Translations under genes and position numbers: made by a program | Shown here: piece by piece, positions 46,732 through 57,409 of the stretch | Layout: every line of letters starts with the position of its first letter | Position numbering within the stretch: the first letter of the stretch is position 1 | Notes under the pieces: model-generated | What the model saw: the letters and a program-made list of their open reading frames with translations, nothing else | What the model was told of the DNA's origin: nothing | Database searches by the model: none | From: Candidatus Anoxychlamydiales bacterium | GTDB taxonomy: Bacteria; Chlamydiota; Chlamydiia; Chlamydiales; SM23-39 | DNA length: 57,580 bases | NCBI GenBank assembly: GCA_011065125.1 | Contig: JAAKFI010000005.1 | Span: 1 to 57,580, forward strand | Direction: 5' to 3'

Positions 46732-48906
46732 ATGTTAGTAAGATTTAGTGCTATATTTTTATTTTTTTTTACAGTTTGCTTTTCAGATAAAGCAGAAGAA
46801 AATGAAAACGAATTAATATCTAGTTTTAAACAATCTCTTTTAAATAGAGCCTCTAAATTTCTTGACAAATCAAAAACATCCAAACCTTTAAAGCCTCATG
46901 AGATCATAGTTGATTTAAGAAATCCTTCTTACAAAAATGGTATTTTAACAACACATGAAGGTGGCGTGATTACAGGAGATGATATAAGAATACAAGCTAA
47001 ATGCATTCAATATATTAAAAAAGACAATTCTATCCCCCCTGTTCATAAAATTGAAGCTGAAGGTGATTTAATAATTCAATATAAAGGAAGAGTATATGTT
47101 GGTAGTGAATTAGAATATGATTTTTTATCAAGAACAGGAACTGTATATGATGGAAGAACATTTGCTTCTATGTGGTATTTAGGAGGAGATAAAATCGAAC
47201 TAAATCCTGATGGAAGTTATAGAGTTGACAATGTATTTATAACTACTTGTGAAAATGTTGATAGCACATGGGCTATTCATGCAGGAAAAGTAAATGTTTT
47301 AAAAAAAGATCTTTTAGAAGCTAAAAAAGTAAGATTTAGATTTTTTAAATTTCCAACACTTTGGCTTCCTTCTTTTAAAGTAAATCTTAAAAGATTTTTT
47401 CAAACACCATTAATTAGATATAATATTAATTGGGATAAAGCATCCGGCCCCAGAGCAGGACTTAGATATAGGATATATTCATGGAGAGACTTTGCTCTTT
47501 GGGCTAGAGTTGAATATAGACTTAAAATGGGTTGGGGCGGCGCCATTGAAGGAGAATATTACCCAGAAAATGGAAGAGAATTTTTTGAAACTAAAAACTA
47601 TTTAGCATCAGATATAATTCCTCAAGAACTAATTAAAAAAAGAAGATATAGAACACAAGGTGTATATAGAGCTACAAGTTTTGATAAAAAAACAAAAACA
47701 GACATTACTTGGGATAAATATAGTGATATAAATATGCCAGGTGATTTTAAAAGCGATGATTTTGAATTAAATACTGCAAAAAGAACTGAACTTACAATAA
47801 GACATATAGAAGATTCTTTTTTATCTATTTTATATGCAAGACCAAGACTTAATACTTTTAATTCTGTAAAGCAAGAATTTCCAACTGGTTATTTTAATGT
47901 TAGACCTTTTAAATTAGAGAACTTAGGCTTTATTATTTATAATAATTTTAAAGGATCTTATTTAAACTATTCTTATTCTAATGATCTATCTCCTAGTTTA
48001 AAAGATTTTCATTCTGGAAGAATTGAAGAAAGATTTGAACTTTCAAGACCTTTTAAGACAAAATATATTTCTTTAATCCCATATGTTGGATTCGAAGGTA
48101 TATATTTTAATAATAGTCCAAATCATTCTTCTAAAACACTTCTTATGTGTTTATATGGAGGAGAAATCAAAACAGATTTTTATAGAAAATACATAGATTA
48201 TAAACATATAATCCAACCCTACATTAAATACACTGGAATTACAGATCCTAAAAAAAAGATAGATTCCTTTTATATTTTTTCAATTCAAGATGGTTATAAT
48301 GAACTGAACTATTTTAAATTAGGCTTTAAAAATCAATTTTATAAAATTGATTCATTAAATCCTTTGCCAAAATTTGAGACTAATCTTTATGCTAATACTT
48401 TTTTAGACCATGATTTCACACTAAGAACACTTCCTAAATTATATTTAGATTTTGATTTGAATCTCTCTACTGTATTATTTAAAACATCACTTGCTTGGAA
48501 TTTTTATAAACAAATTTTAGATTATTCTAATTTCAACCTTCATTTTACTGTTAATGAAAATTTAGCTTTTAGAATTGAGTTCAGACATAGGTCTGCTTAT
48601 GATTTTAGAAAAGCAGACCATACTAATTTTATTTTAGATGTTTCAAGGCCAATATCTGTTTTAAAAACATCTTCTATTTCAGATAGAAGAAATACTATTT
48701 TAACACATGCTTATTTTAGATTAAGTCCATATTGGACATGTGAATTACAATCCCATCATGGTTGGGCTAGAAAAAATGAACCTTCCTATAATGAATATAG
48801 AGTAGATCTATATACTAAACTTTCAGCATCTTGGAAAGGTAGACTTACCTATCAACATACTCAAAGTGACGATAAATTTTCTGGATCTGTCGACCTGATA
48901 AAATAA
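46732..48906 (+). CDS. LptD/OstA-like outer-membrane LPS assembly protein
   Basis: Signal peptide, beta-jellyroll-like N-terminus (IEAEGD...G.ELEYDF...G), ITTC, aromatic beta-strand-rich C-terminus. Confidence 0.7.
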   Translation: MLVRFSAIFLFFFTVCFSDKAEENENELISSFKQSLLNRASKFLDKSKTSKPLKPHEIIVDLRNPSYKNGILTTHEGGVITGDDIRIQAKCIQYIKKDNSIPPVHKIEAEGDLIIQYKGRVYVGSELEYDFLSRTGTVYDGRTFASMWYLGGDKIELNPDGSYRVDNVFITTCENVDSTWAIHAGKVNVLKKDLLEAKKVRFRFFKFPTLWLPSFKVNLKRFFQTPLIRYNINWDKASGPRAGLRYRIYSWRDFALWARVEYRLKMGWGGAIEGEYYPENGREFFETKNYLASDIIPQELIKKRRYRTQGVYRATSFDKKTKTDITWDKYSDINMPGDFKSDDFELNTAKRTELTIRHIEDSFLSILYARPRLNTFNSVKQEFPTGYFNVRPFKLENLGFIIYNNFKGSYLNYSYSNDLSPSLKDFHSGRIEERFELSRPFKTKYISLIPYVGFEGIYFNNSPNHSSKTLLMCLYGGEIKTDFYRKYIDYKHIIQPYIKYTGITDPKKKIDSFYIFSIQDGYNELNYFKLGFKNQFYKIDSLNPLPKFETNLYANTFLDHDFTLRTLPKLYLDFDLNLSTVLFKTSLAWNFYKQILDYSNFNLHFTVNENLAFRIEFRHRSAYDFRKADHTNFILDVSRPISVLKTSSISDRRNTILTHAYFRLSPYWTCELQSHHGWARKNEPSYNEYRVDLYTKLSASWKGRLTYQHTQSDDKFSGSVDLIK

Positions 48907-49058
48907 TTTATAAAAAATTGTTTTAAATTAAAAAAAATATTTTAATTGTTTAGCTAAATTAACAAAGCAACAAATAATATTATTTTTAAAATCAGCTATC
49001 AAAATTAAATTGAATTTTATTTTTTCTTCTTCTATAATATTTAAAAAAAGGAAATTAA

Positions 49059-49505
49059 ATGACTTTAAGAACACTTTCAGATCCAGTTTTGTTAAAAGAA
49101 AAAAGCCGTATAAATATATCGCTTTCTCTATTAGCTGAAACAAGAAGAGCAGTTTTAGCTAAAAGACTCGCAGAAGAACATTTCAGACAAACTCAAAGTA
49201 GACCGACATCCCCCGATTCCGATCAAACATCACAAAGCGATCTTTCAGAGGCTATCCAAGTAACCTCTGTTACTTATGTTCCTAATACCTCACCAAAAAC
49301 ACCTACTCTTGCTAGAGAATCTATTTCACCTACTCATTCTGATAAATCAACTATCACACAACCATCCGATAATACTACAAAAAAAACAATGGCCCTTTCA
49401 TTACAATTTATTGGCACTAGAGTCGAATCAACAAAAGCTCCGACGCATAGGCCAAAACAAGGATTTTTTAGTGAAGGATTATCCATTCAAGGACATAGGG
49501 TATAA
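49059..49505 (+). CDS. Orphan Ser/Thr/Pro-rich disordered protein
   Basis: AAGG SD; 148-aa ORF with repeated S/T-P dipeptides. Confidence 0.7.
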   Translation: MTLRTLSDPVLLKEKSRINISLSLLAETRRAVLAKRLAEEHFRQTQSRPTSPDSDQTSQSDLSEAIQVTSVTYVPNTSPKTPTLARESISPTHSDKSTITQPSDNTTKKTMALSLQFIGTRVESTKAPTHRPKQGFFSEGLSIQGHRV

Positions 49506-49512
49506 AAAAAAA

Positions 49513-50037
49513 TTAGTTATATTTTTTGATTATTTCTTTTAAAAGATGATCAATTTCTTTTTTTTGATCTTCTTTTAATCTATCTATAAATAAAGTTCCA
49601 TTTAAGTGATCATTTTCATGCATGATCTCTCTTGCTTTAAAACCTTCAATATCTTTAGATATTCTCTTTCCGTTAATATCTAAATATTCTACATGTATCT
49701 TACATGGTCTTTCAACTTCCATATGTATACCTGGAACAGATAAACACCCTTCAGGCATGATCTCAGTTTTTTGAGATGGGTTTGTTATTTTTGGATTTAT
49801 AAAAACTTCAGGCTCCGCTAGATATGAGTCTCCATTTTCATTTTCTAAAACTTCTCTAATAACAAAAATTCTTTTTAAAACACCTATTTGAATGGCAGCA
49901 AGTCCAACGCCGTTATTTACATCCATTGTTTCGATTATATCATTTGCTAATTGTTTGATTTCATCTGTGATGTTATCAACTTCTATGCATTGTTTACGAA
50001 GAAGTGAATCACCAAGATAAACTAACTTTAGTTTCAC
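49513..50037 (-). CDS. def: Peptide deformylase
   Basis: GVGLAAIQIG, EGCLS, HENDHLNG. Confidence 0.98.
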   Translation of the reverse strand: MKLKLVYLGDSLLRKQCIEVDNITDEIKQLANDIIETMDVNNGVGLAAIQIGVLKRIFVIREVLENENGDSYLAEPEVFINPKITNPSQKTEIMPEGCLSVPGIHMEVERPCKIHVEYLDINGKRISKDIEGFKAREIMHENDHLNGTLFIDRLKEDQKKEIDHLLKEIIKKYN

Positions 50038-50321
50038 TCTTGAACCTCTTCAATAACAGTGTCTGCTTTGGTAGCTTTTCTCGCTAAAGCTGAAGTCCAA
50101 AACGATAAAAAGATACAACTTACCATAAAAATAACAACTAAATATGCAGTAAATTTTTTTAAAACATCTGCTGTTGCGGTTCCAAATAATGAAGTAGAAG
50201 CATCAGATCCAAAAGAAGAGCCAAGTCCCATACTTTTTGATTCTTGCATTAAGATTACAAACATAGTAAGCGCACATAAAAATAAAAAAGAAAAAATAAG
50301 TAAATAAAATATAAATGACAT
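50034..50321 (-). CDS. secG: Preprotein translocase subunit SecG
   Basis: Two TMs, ILMQESKSMGLGSSFG; tpiA-secG order. Confidence 0.93.
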   Translation of the reverse strand: MSFIFYLLIFSFLFLCALTMFVILMQESKSMGLGSSFGSDASTSLFGTATADVLKKFTAYLVVIFMVSCIFLSFWTSALARKATKADTVIEEVQE

Positions 50322-50329
50322 TGTTAACC

Positions 50330-51082
50330 TCAGCTTTTATTAATAATTTCTAAAAAAGTGTCTATTTTAAGTGATGCTCCTCCGATTAAAGCACCATCTA
50401 TATTGTGTTGCCCTAAAAGTATTTCTATATTATCTGGTTTAACAGAACCACCGTATAAAATATATGTGCTATTAGCTATATCTTTATCATATAGCTTTGT
50501 AATAACTTTTCTAATATATAAATGAGCATTCTCTGCGATATCTGGTGTTGCTGTTTTTCCTGTTCCTATAGCCCATACTGGTTCATATGCAATAATTACA
50601 TTTTTCATTTGAGTTTTTGAAACATTTAAAAGATTTTTAGTTAGCTGATCTTCTAAAACTTCATTTGTTGAATTACTATCTCTTTCTTTTTCTGTTTCAC
50701 CTATACATAAAATGGGCTGAATATTATTTTCTAATGAGCTCAAAACTTTTTTATTTATTAAACTATTATCTTCTTTAAATACATTTCTTCTCTCTGAATG
50801 TCCTAATATAACAAAATCCATATCTATTTCTTTTAACATTCCAGGTGAGATCTCTCCAGTAAAAGCACCTTCTGATTCATAGTGCATATTTTGAGATCCA
50901 ATTTTTATTTTTGTATCTTTTGCAATTTCTTTTGCAAAAAATAAAGAAATAAAAGATGGAGCTATGTAAACATTTGCTCTTTGATTATTTAATGAAGATG
51001 ATAATTTTTCTAAAAAATCTTTTGTTTCTTTGATAGTTTTATACATTTTCCAATTGCCTGCGATAATTGGATTTTTTTCCAT
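50330..51082 (-). CDS. tpiA: Triosephosphate isomerase
   Basis: AGNWKM, GAFTGEIS, GHSERR, AYEPVWAIGTG, YGGSV. Confidence 0.99.
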   Translation of the reverse strand: MEKNPIIAGNWKMYKTIKETKDFLEKLSSSLNNQRANVYIAPSFISLFFAKEIAKDTKIKIGSQNMHYESEGAFTGEISPGMLKEIDMDFVILGHSERRNVFKEDNSLINKKVLSSLENNIQPILCIGETEKERDSNSTNEVLEDQLTKNLLNVSKTQMKNVIIAYEPVWAIGTGKTATPDIAENAHLYIRKVITKLYDKDIANSTYILYGGSVKPDNIEILLGQHNIDGALIGGASLKIDTFLEIINKS

Positions 51083-51207
51083 AAAGCATACCTTTTTTAT
51101 TAAAAAATATATTATAGTAATAAACCTAATCTAATATCAAGACAAATTAATATAGAAATATATATGCTTTTTAAGTTAAAATTTGAATTTTATTTAATAT
51201 TAAAGTT

Positions 51208-52548
51208 ATGCAAGATATACAAAACAAAAACATATTAACAGTTTCACAAATTACTTTTGCTATAAAAAATTTACTTGAAAGAAGTTATAGATCTATTCTA
51301 ATCAAAGGAGAAATTAGCAATTTCAAAAAACAATCTTCAGGCCATTTATATTTCAGTTTAAAAGATAACAATGCTCAGATTTCTTGTGCTATGTTTAAAA
51401 ATAATTCTTTTTCTCTAAAACAACTTCCAAAAGATGGTGATGAAGTAATTGTACAATGTGAGATGAGCGTTTATCCTCCAAGAGGCAATTATCAATTAAT
51501 TGTTAGAAGTTTATCATACGTTGGAATTGGAGAACTTTTACAAAAACTTCATTTTTTAAAAGAGAAATTAAAAAATAAAGGATATTTTGATCCAATCAAT
51601 AAAAAAAAGATACCCATGCTTCCTAAAACAATTGGAGTAATCACATCCCCTACAGGTAGCGTTATTAGAGACATTTTAAATGTTTTAAAAAGAAGAGCTC
51701 AAAATTTTCATTTAATATTAAATCCGGTAAAAGTACAAGGCGACGGAGCTAAAGAAGAAATCACAAAAGCAATTTATGATCTTAACAAATATAACTTAGT
51801 AGATGTGATAATAATAGCAAGAGGAGGAGGATCTTTAGAAGATTTATGGGCATTTAATGAAGAGATTGTAGCTGATGCTATATATGAATCAAAAATCCCA
51901 GTAATCTCAGCTATAGGCCATGAAACAGATATGTCTATTAGTGATTTTGTAGCGGACATAAGAGCTCCAACTCCATCTGCTGCTGCTGAAATAGTTGTAA
52001 AAGAAAAAAGCACTCTACTAGATACCCTTTTAAATTTTAAACATCAAATTTATAAATCTTTAATAAATCAAAAAAATACTTATAAATTAAATTTAGATAA
52101 TATTAAAAAACATCTTGTATTTTCTTCATCCAATGTAATTTTAAGAGAGAAATATCAAATGTTAGATGAGATAAAATCAAATGTTTTTTCTAAAATGGAT
52201 ACTATTTTACAAAGAAAAAAAGAAGCTTTAGAAATTAGAAAAAAACAGTTAAATTCAATAAAACCAAATAATCAAATAATTAATTTACAAGAAAATTTAA
52301 GTATTATTAAAAAAAGATTATATTTAGCAATCAATAATACTTTAGACATACATAAAGAAAGATTTATTAAATTAAAAAACCATTTAAATGATCTAAATCC
52401 AAAAAAATTACTTAAAAAAGGATATAGTATTTTGTATAATAAAGACTCATCTATTATCCTTAGCAAACAAGATGTAAATATAAATGAAAATATCACTGCA
52501 ATTGTAAGTGATGGTAAAATAATCACAAAAGTAGAAAAAAAATTATGA
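51208..52548 (+). CDS. xseA: Exodeoxyribonuclease VII large subunit
   Basis: GEISN...SGHLYFSLKD, RGGGSLEDLW.FN, GHETD, RAPTPSAAAE. Confidence 0.97.
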   Translation: MQDIQNKNILTVSQITFAIKNLLERSYRSILIKGEISNFKKQSSGHLYFSLKDNNAQISCAMFKNNSFSLKQLPKDGDEVIVQCEMSVYPPRGNYQLIVRSLSYVGIGELLQKLHFLKEKLKNKGYFDPINKKKIPMLPKTIGVITSPTGSVIRDILNVLKRRAQNFHLILNPVKVQGDGAKEEITKAIYDLNKYNLVDVIIIARGGGSLEDLWAFNEEIVADAIYESKIPVISAIGHETDMSISDFVADIRAPTPSAAAEIVVKEKSTLLDTLLNFKHQIYKSLINQKNTYKLNLDNIKKHLVFSSSNVILREKYQMLDEIKSNVFSKMDTILQRKKEALEIRKKQLNSIKPNNQIINLQENLSIIKKRLYLAINNTLDIHKERFIKLKNHLNDLNPKKLLKKGYSILYNKDSSIILSKQDVNINENITAIVSDGKIITKVEKKL

Positions 52549-52805
52549 AAGAGATGGAATTTGAAAAAGCCTTTGAAAGGTTGGAAGAGATCCTTCAAAA
52601 TATGAATGAAAATAAAATTAGCTTAGATAACTCTTTAAAACTTTTTGAAGAAGCAGATCTTTTAATTAAAACATGTAATAAAAAACTTTTAGATGCTGAG
52701 AGCAAAATAGAAACTTTAATTAAAAATAGAGATCAAGATTTAAAAATTGATGAAAATGGACCTGTAAAAGAAAATTTTAATATGGATACAAATCAAGTTT
52801 TATAA
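52545..52805 (+). CDS. xseB: Exodeoxyribonuclease VII small subunit
   Basis: FEKAFERLEEIL...LDNSLKLFEE...C.KKL..AE.KI. Confidence 0.95.
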   Translation: MKEMEFEKAFERLEEILQNMNENKISLDNSLKLFEEADLLIKTCNKKLLDAESKIETLIKNRDQDLKIDENGPVKENFNMDTNQVL

Positions 52806-54716
52806 ATGGAAATTTTAAAAAATATAAAAGGCCCAAAAGATATAAAAAATTTAAGCATAGATGACTTAAATATTTTATCAAATGAGATTAGACAAAGAAT
52901 AATAAATGTCTTATCTAAAAATGGTGGTCATTTAGCATCTAATTTAGGAGCTGTAGAATTAACTATTGCTATGCACTATGTTTTTAATTCTCCAATTGAT
53001 AAATTTATATTTGATGTATCTCATCAAACTTATACTCATAAGCTTTTAACTAACCGAAACAAAGACTTTGATACCATAAGAGAATTTAATGGTCTTTGTG
53101 GTTTTTCTAATCCAAAAGAGTCTATTCATGATCATTTTTATCAAGGGCATGCCGGAACTAGTGTATCCCTTTCTCTTGGGCTTGCAAAAAAAAGAGATCT
53201 ATTAAAAGAAGATGAGCATATTTTATCATTTATTGGCGATGCATCTTTAACTTGTGGTCTTACTCTAGAAGCTCTAAATAATATTGATAAATCTTTAAAA
53301 AAATTTATTATTATTTTAAATGATAATGATATGGCTATTTCTAAAAATGTTGGAAATATAAAAAACATACTTAGAAAAATATTATCAAATCCAAAAGCAA
53401 ATAAATTTTATTTAGAAATCCAAAACCTTTTACTTAAAATCCCAACTCTTGGAAAAAAACTAGTAAAACAAAATGAAATCATAATAGATGGAATAAAAAA
53501 AATTGTAACACCTGCTGCTTTCTTTGATTATTTCAATTTATCTTATACTGGACCAATAGATGGTCATGACATTAAAAAATTAATAGATACTTTTAACAAT
53601 ATTAAAAACAGAGACAAGCCTATTGTTTTACATGTACTTACCACTAAGGGAAAAGGCATGGAAAAAGCTATTTTAAATCCTATTTCTTATCACGGCGTAA
53701 AACCTTTTAATATTGAAACTGGAAATTTTTTACCTTCTGGTTCTAAAACAACTTTTCCAAAAACCTTTGGAAAGGAGATGGTAAAACTAGCAAATAAAAA
53801 TTCAAATATTGCAGTTGTAAATCCTGCAATGTTAAAAGGCTCTTCCTTAGATGAATTTCAAAAGAGTTATCCAGATAGATGTTTTGATGTAGGGATAGCT
53901 GAAGGACACTGCCTAACTTTTGCTGCAGGATTAGCTCAATCAAAAAAATTAAATATTGTAGTATCAATATATTCAACTTTTATACAAAGAGCTTTTGATA
54001 ATTTATACCATGATATTTGCCTTCAAAACCTTCCAATTGTTATAGCAATTGATAGAGCTGGAATATCAGGACCAGACGGCGCTACTCACCATGGGATTTA
54101 TGATATTGCTTTTTTAAATGCTATGCCCAATTTAATAATATCACAACCAAGAGATGCAAACATTTTAAAAGACTTGCTTCACTCTGCTTTTGATTTTAAA
54201 AAACCAATAGCTATTAGATATCCAAATTTAGAAACTATAGAAAATAAAGAAGCTAAAAAACTTACGTTAAATTCTTTTGATATTCTATCAAAAGGAGAAG
54301 ATCTTTTAATTATTTCAATTGGTCATATGTTTGAAATAGCAAAAAAAACAAAAGACCTTTTACTTAAAAAAAACATAAACCCAACTATTTTAGATCCAAT
54401 CTTTTTAAAACCCTTAAACAAAAAATTATTTTTAGATTTATTATCATCTCATAAATATGTAGTTACTATTGAAGAAAATAGTATTAAATCATCATTTGCT
54501 TCTATCTTAAACACTTTCATAGTAGAAAATGCATTAGATGTAAAAGTTTTAAATTTTGCTCTTCCTGATCAGTTCATTGAACATGGAAAAAACATAGATC
54601 TCTTAAACTATTATGGATTAAATGAAAAAAATATCTCTTCTAAAATATTAAATAATTTCTATACTGATATTTTAAAGAAGGATAAAAAATATGATTATAG
54701 CCCTATTTGCAAATGA
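52806..54716 (+). CDS. dxs: 1-deoxy-D-xylulose-5-phosphate synthase
   Basis: GGHLASNLG.VEL, GDASL..G...EALN..NDN, DVGIAE.H, DRAGI.G.DG.TH.G. Confidence 0.97.
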   Translation: MEILKNIKGPKDIKNLSIDDLNILSNEIRQRIINVLSKNGGHLASNLGAVELTIAMHYVFNSPIDKFIFDVSHQTYTHKLLTNRNKDFDTIREFNGLCGFSNPKESIHDHFYQGHAGTSVSLSLGLAKKRDLLKEDEHILSFIGDASLTCGLTLEALNNIDKSLKKFIIILNDNDMAISKNVGNIKNILRKILSNPKANKFYLEIQNLLLKIPTLGKKLVKQNEIIIDGIKKIVTPAAFFDYFNLSYTGPIDGHDIKKLIDTFNNIKNRDKPIVLHVLTTKGKGMEKAILNPISYHGVKPFNIETGNFLPSGSKTTFPKTFGKEMVKLANKNSNIAVVNPAMLKGSSLDEFQKSYPDRCFDVGIAEGHCLTFAAGLAQSKKLNIVVSIYSTFIQRAFDNLYHDICLQNLPIVIAIDRAGISGPDGATHHGIYDIAFLNAMPNLIISQPRDANILKDLLHSAFDFKKPIAIRYPNLETIENKEAKKLTLNSFDILSKGEDLLIISIGHMFEIAKKTKDLLLKKNINPTILDPIFLKPLNKKLFLDLLSSHKYVVTIEENSIKSSFASILNTFIVENALDVKVLNFALPDQFIEHGKNIDLLNYYGLNEKNISSKILNNFYTDILKKDKKYDYSPICK

Positions 54717-55542
54717 GACAAAGCCAAATTCTTTTAAACTAGCAAAAGATATATCTTCTTTTTTAAAAAAACATAAAATTCAAGTTGTTACAAAAGATAA
54801 CATAGCTAAAAAAATTGATGCTCTTCCCCTTTCAAAAATTAAAAAGAAAAAAATAGATTTTTTAATAACCATGGGTGGTGATGGAACTATTTTAGAACAT
54901 ACTCATAAATATTTAAATTTAGAAGCAGCAGTTATTGGCATTAACTTGGGTTATTTGGGCTTTATGGCTGACATTCCTGAAAATGACATATACCCCTCTC
55001 TTAAAGAGCTTATAGACGGTCAATACAAAATAGATGAAAGGATTATATTAGAAGGAAAAATATCTAATAAAAAAAGTTTTTTTTCAATAAATGAAGTTGT
55101 TTTTCACAGAGCTACAAATCCCTCTTTAATAGATCTAAAAGTAAATATAAATAAAAACTATTTAAATACCTTTGCAGCGGATGGGTTAATAGTATCTACC
55201 CCAAATGGTTCCACGGCTTATTCCTTAGCTGCTGGAGGTCCTATTTTATCTCCTGATCTAAATGGGTTGGTGCTAACACCAATATCGCCTCATACAATAT
55301 CTAATAGACCTTTTGTTTTTTCATCAAATGATATTATTGAAATAAAATATATATCTAATAAAAAAAATAATATAGAAGTATATTCTGATGGTATTTTGTA
55401 TCATAAAATGAAATCAAATGAATCTTTAACTCTTAAAAAAAGCAAAAAAACATTTAAATTAGTAAAACTCAAAAGACATAATTATTATTTAACACTAAGA
55501 ACTAAATTAAACTGGTCTGGAAAACTAATGCTAACAAATTAA
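54691..55542 (+). CDS. nadK: NAD kinase
   Basis: GGDGT, GINLG.LGF, NE, DGLIVSTPNGSTAYSLAAGGP. Confidence 0.97.
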   Translation: MIIALFANETKPNSFKLAKDISSFLKKHKIQVVTKDNIAKKIDALPLSKIKKKKIDFLITMGGDGTILEHTHKYLNLEAAVIGINLGYLGFMADIPENDIYPSLKELIDGQYKIDERIILEGKISNKKSFFSINEVVFHRATNPSLIDLKVNINKNYLNTFAADGLIVSTPNGSTAYSLAAGGPILSPDLNGLVLTPISPHTISNRPFVFSSNDIIEIKYISNKKNNIEVYSDGILYHKMKSNESLTLKKSKKTFKLVKLKRHNYYLTLRTKLNWSGKLMLTN

Positions 55543-55641
55543 CTTTTCAATCAAGCTAATTTTTATTTAAATTTAATTAGCTATTAAATATATAAACTCA
55601 TCTGATATCATATTCTTAAAATTTTACAAAAGCAGTTTCCC

Positions 55642-56919
55642 TTGAAATTTAAAGATATAAATTTACACCCTTTGATATTAAAGGCAATTAAAGATAGTAA
55701 ATATGAAGATGCAACGCCTATTCAAGCTAAATCAATTCCAGAAATATTAAAAGGATCTGATATACTTGCATCCGCACATACAGGAACTGGAAAGACAGCA
55801 GCTTTTTTACTTCCAGCATTGCATAAATTAGCAAATCAAAACACAAAATCAAAAAATGCTAAAGTTTTAATTTTAGTACCAACTAGAGAACTTGCTCTTC
55901 AGGTATATAAACAAGCATTAAAATATTCAAGATATTTAAGAAATATTAAAACTGTATGCATATATGGAGGAATTCCATATTACAAACAAAGAAAAGAGCT
56001 TAATAAAAAACATGACATTTTAATAGCTACACCTGGAAGATTAATAGATTATTTAGATAATGATAAAATATCTTTAAATGAAATTGAGTTATTAATTTTA
56101 GATGAAGCAGATAGAATGCTTGATATGGGTTTTATTCAACCTGTTAAAAAAATAGCTAGAAGTTCCTCATCAAAAAGACAAACACTTTTATTTTCAGCAA
56201 CTTTAAAAAACAGTATATTAAACTTAACTAAAGACCTTTTAAAAAATCCAATTACTATCAAAACAAATGATAAAGATATTAATTTAAAAAATATCAAACA
56301 TTACTTATATAAAGCTGATGATTTAAATCATAAATTAAAACTTTTAAATCACTTTTTAGATGATGAAAAATTAACTAAAGCAATTATTTTTACATCTACT
56401 AAATCTTTTTCTGAAACCCTTTGCAAAAAACTTAAAGAAACTGGTCATAAAATCGAATTTTTACATGGAGATATCCCTCAAAGAAAAAGAGAGAGAATCA
56501 TAGCTTATTTTTCTCAAAATAAAACAAAGCATTTAATTGCAACCGATGTTGCAGCTAGAGGAATTGACGTTAAAAACATATCACATGTTATAAACTTTGA
56601 TATACCAATGTGCGCTGAAGATTATATTCATAGAATAGGCAGAACTGGAAGAGCTAATGAAAATGGGACTGCATATTCATTTTCATTGAATAAAGACACC
56701 AAAAAAATAAATGAAATTGAAAATCTTCTTTCTAAAAAAATAGATTCAGCAACTGTTGAAGGTTTAGAGCCTAAAGAAAGGCCTAAACAAAGAAAAGAGT
56801 TTGGAAAAAAGGACTTTAAAAAAGGTTTTAAAAAGAAATTTTTTAAAAAATCCTTTAAAAAATCTAATGGTTCAAAAAACAAAAATTTCAATAATAAATC
56901 ACAAAAAACTTTTAGATAG
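55642..56919 (+). CDS. DEAD-box RNA helicase with basic C-terminal tail (TTG start)
   Basis: TGTGKT, PTRELA, TPGRL, DEAD, SAT, ARGID, HRIGRTGR. Confidence 0.96.
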   Translation: MKFKDINLHPLILKAIKDSKYEDATPIQAKSIPEILKGSDILASAHTGTGKTAAFLLPALHKLANQNTKSKNAKVLILVPTRELALQVYKQALKYSRYLRNIKTVCIYGGIPYYKQRKELNKKHDILIATPGRLIDYLDNDKISLNEIELLILDEADRMLDMGFIQPVKKIARSSSSKRQTLLFSATLKNSILNLTKDLLKNPITIKTNDKDINLKNIKHYLYKADDLNHKLKLLNHFLDDEKLTKAIIFTSTKSFSETLCKKLKETGHKIEFLHGDIPQRKRERIIAYFSQNKTKHLIATDVAARGIDVKNISHVINFDIPMCAEDYIHRIGRTGRANENGTAYSFSLNKDTKKINEIENLLSKKIDSATVEGLEPKERPKQRKEFGKKDFKKGFKKKFFKKSFKKSNGSKNKNFNNKSQKTFR

Positions 56920-56942
56920 AAAAAATCTATTAATCACTTAAA

Positions 56943-56984
56943 AAAAGAAACAATTTTTATATATGAATAAAAATTGTTTCTTTT
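56943..56984. terminator. Long AT-rich hairpin between convergent genes, probable bidirectional terminator
   Basis: 18-bp perfect stem AAAAGAAACAATTTTTAT / ATAAAAATTGTTTCTTTT with a 6-nt loop. Confidence 0.75.
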
Positions 56985-57010
56985 AGTAATTTTGAATAAT
57001 TTAATTACAA

Positions 57011-57409
57011 TTAACCCACTGAATTTAGAGGTATCTCAAAGAATCTTCCAGATAAAACTATTTGTTTTGCAGTTGATTCAAATTCAGCCACTCTATAGCA
57101 GAAAGGGTTTATTAGAAAATTAAATACAGACCAAACTATTGCAAAAGATGAGCTTTTAAGCCATTCAGCTGAATTATTAAAAATTTTACTTGTAAATGGA
57201 AGTGATAAAGTTGATAGGGCTGTAAATACAGTTGCAACAGCAGTTTCTACTAATGCTACTGTTGTAATAACTGGATAAACTGCCTGAGCTGCTACCTTTG
57301 GTAGTATACTTGGTTTATTTCTTAAGTAATTTACCGGCTGCATTAAAGCTGCAGATAAGCTTTTTGAAATATAAGCCGCATATGATGGATTAGATGAAAG
57401 AGTTGCCAT
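57011..57409 (-). CDS. Orphan small hydrophobic protein; Inc-like candidate
   Basis: AGGAG SD; Ser/Thr-rich N-terminus; long hydrophobic stretch VAAQAVYPVITTVALVETAVATVFTALSTLSLPF plus a second hydrophobic segment. Confidence 0.75.
   Translation of the reverse strand: MATLSSNPSYAAYISKSLSAALMQPVNYLRNKPSILPKVAAQAVYPVITTVALVETAVATVFTALSTLSLPFTSKIFNNSAEWLKSSSFAIVWSVFNFLINPFCYRVAEFESTAKQIVLSGRFFEIPLNSVG

Noticed and set aside
48928-49542. ORFs 48928-49143 (-) and 49276-49542 (+)
   Set aside because: They overlap the better-supported 49059-49505 ORF and def; AT-rich spurious composition.
5319-56891. Many 60-113 aa ORFs antisense to or nested in core genes (e.g. 8302, 9251, 22635, 30302, 33808, 40020, 40795, 52272)
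   Set aside because: Shadow ORFs of well-supported genes; no motifs or SDs.
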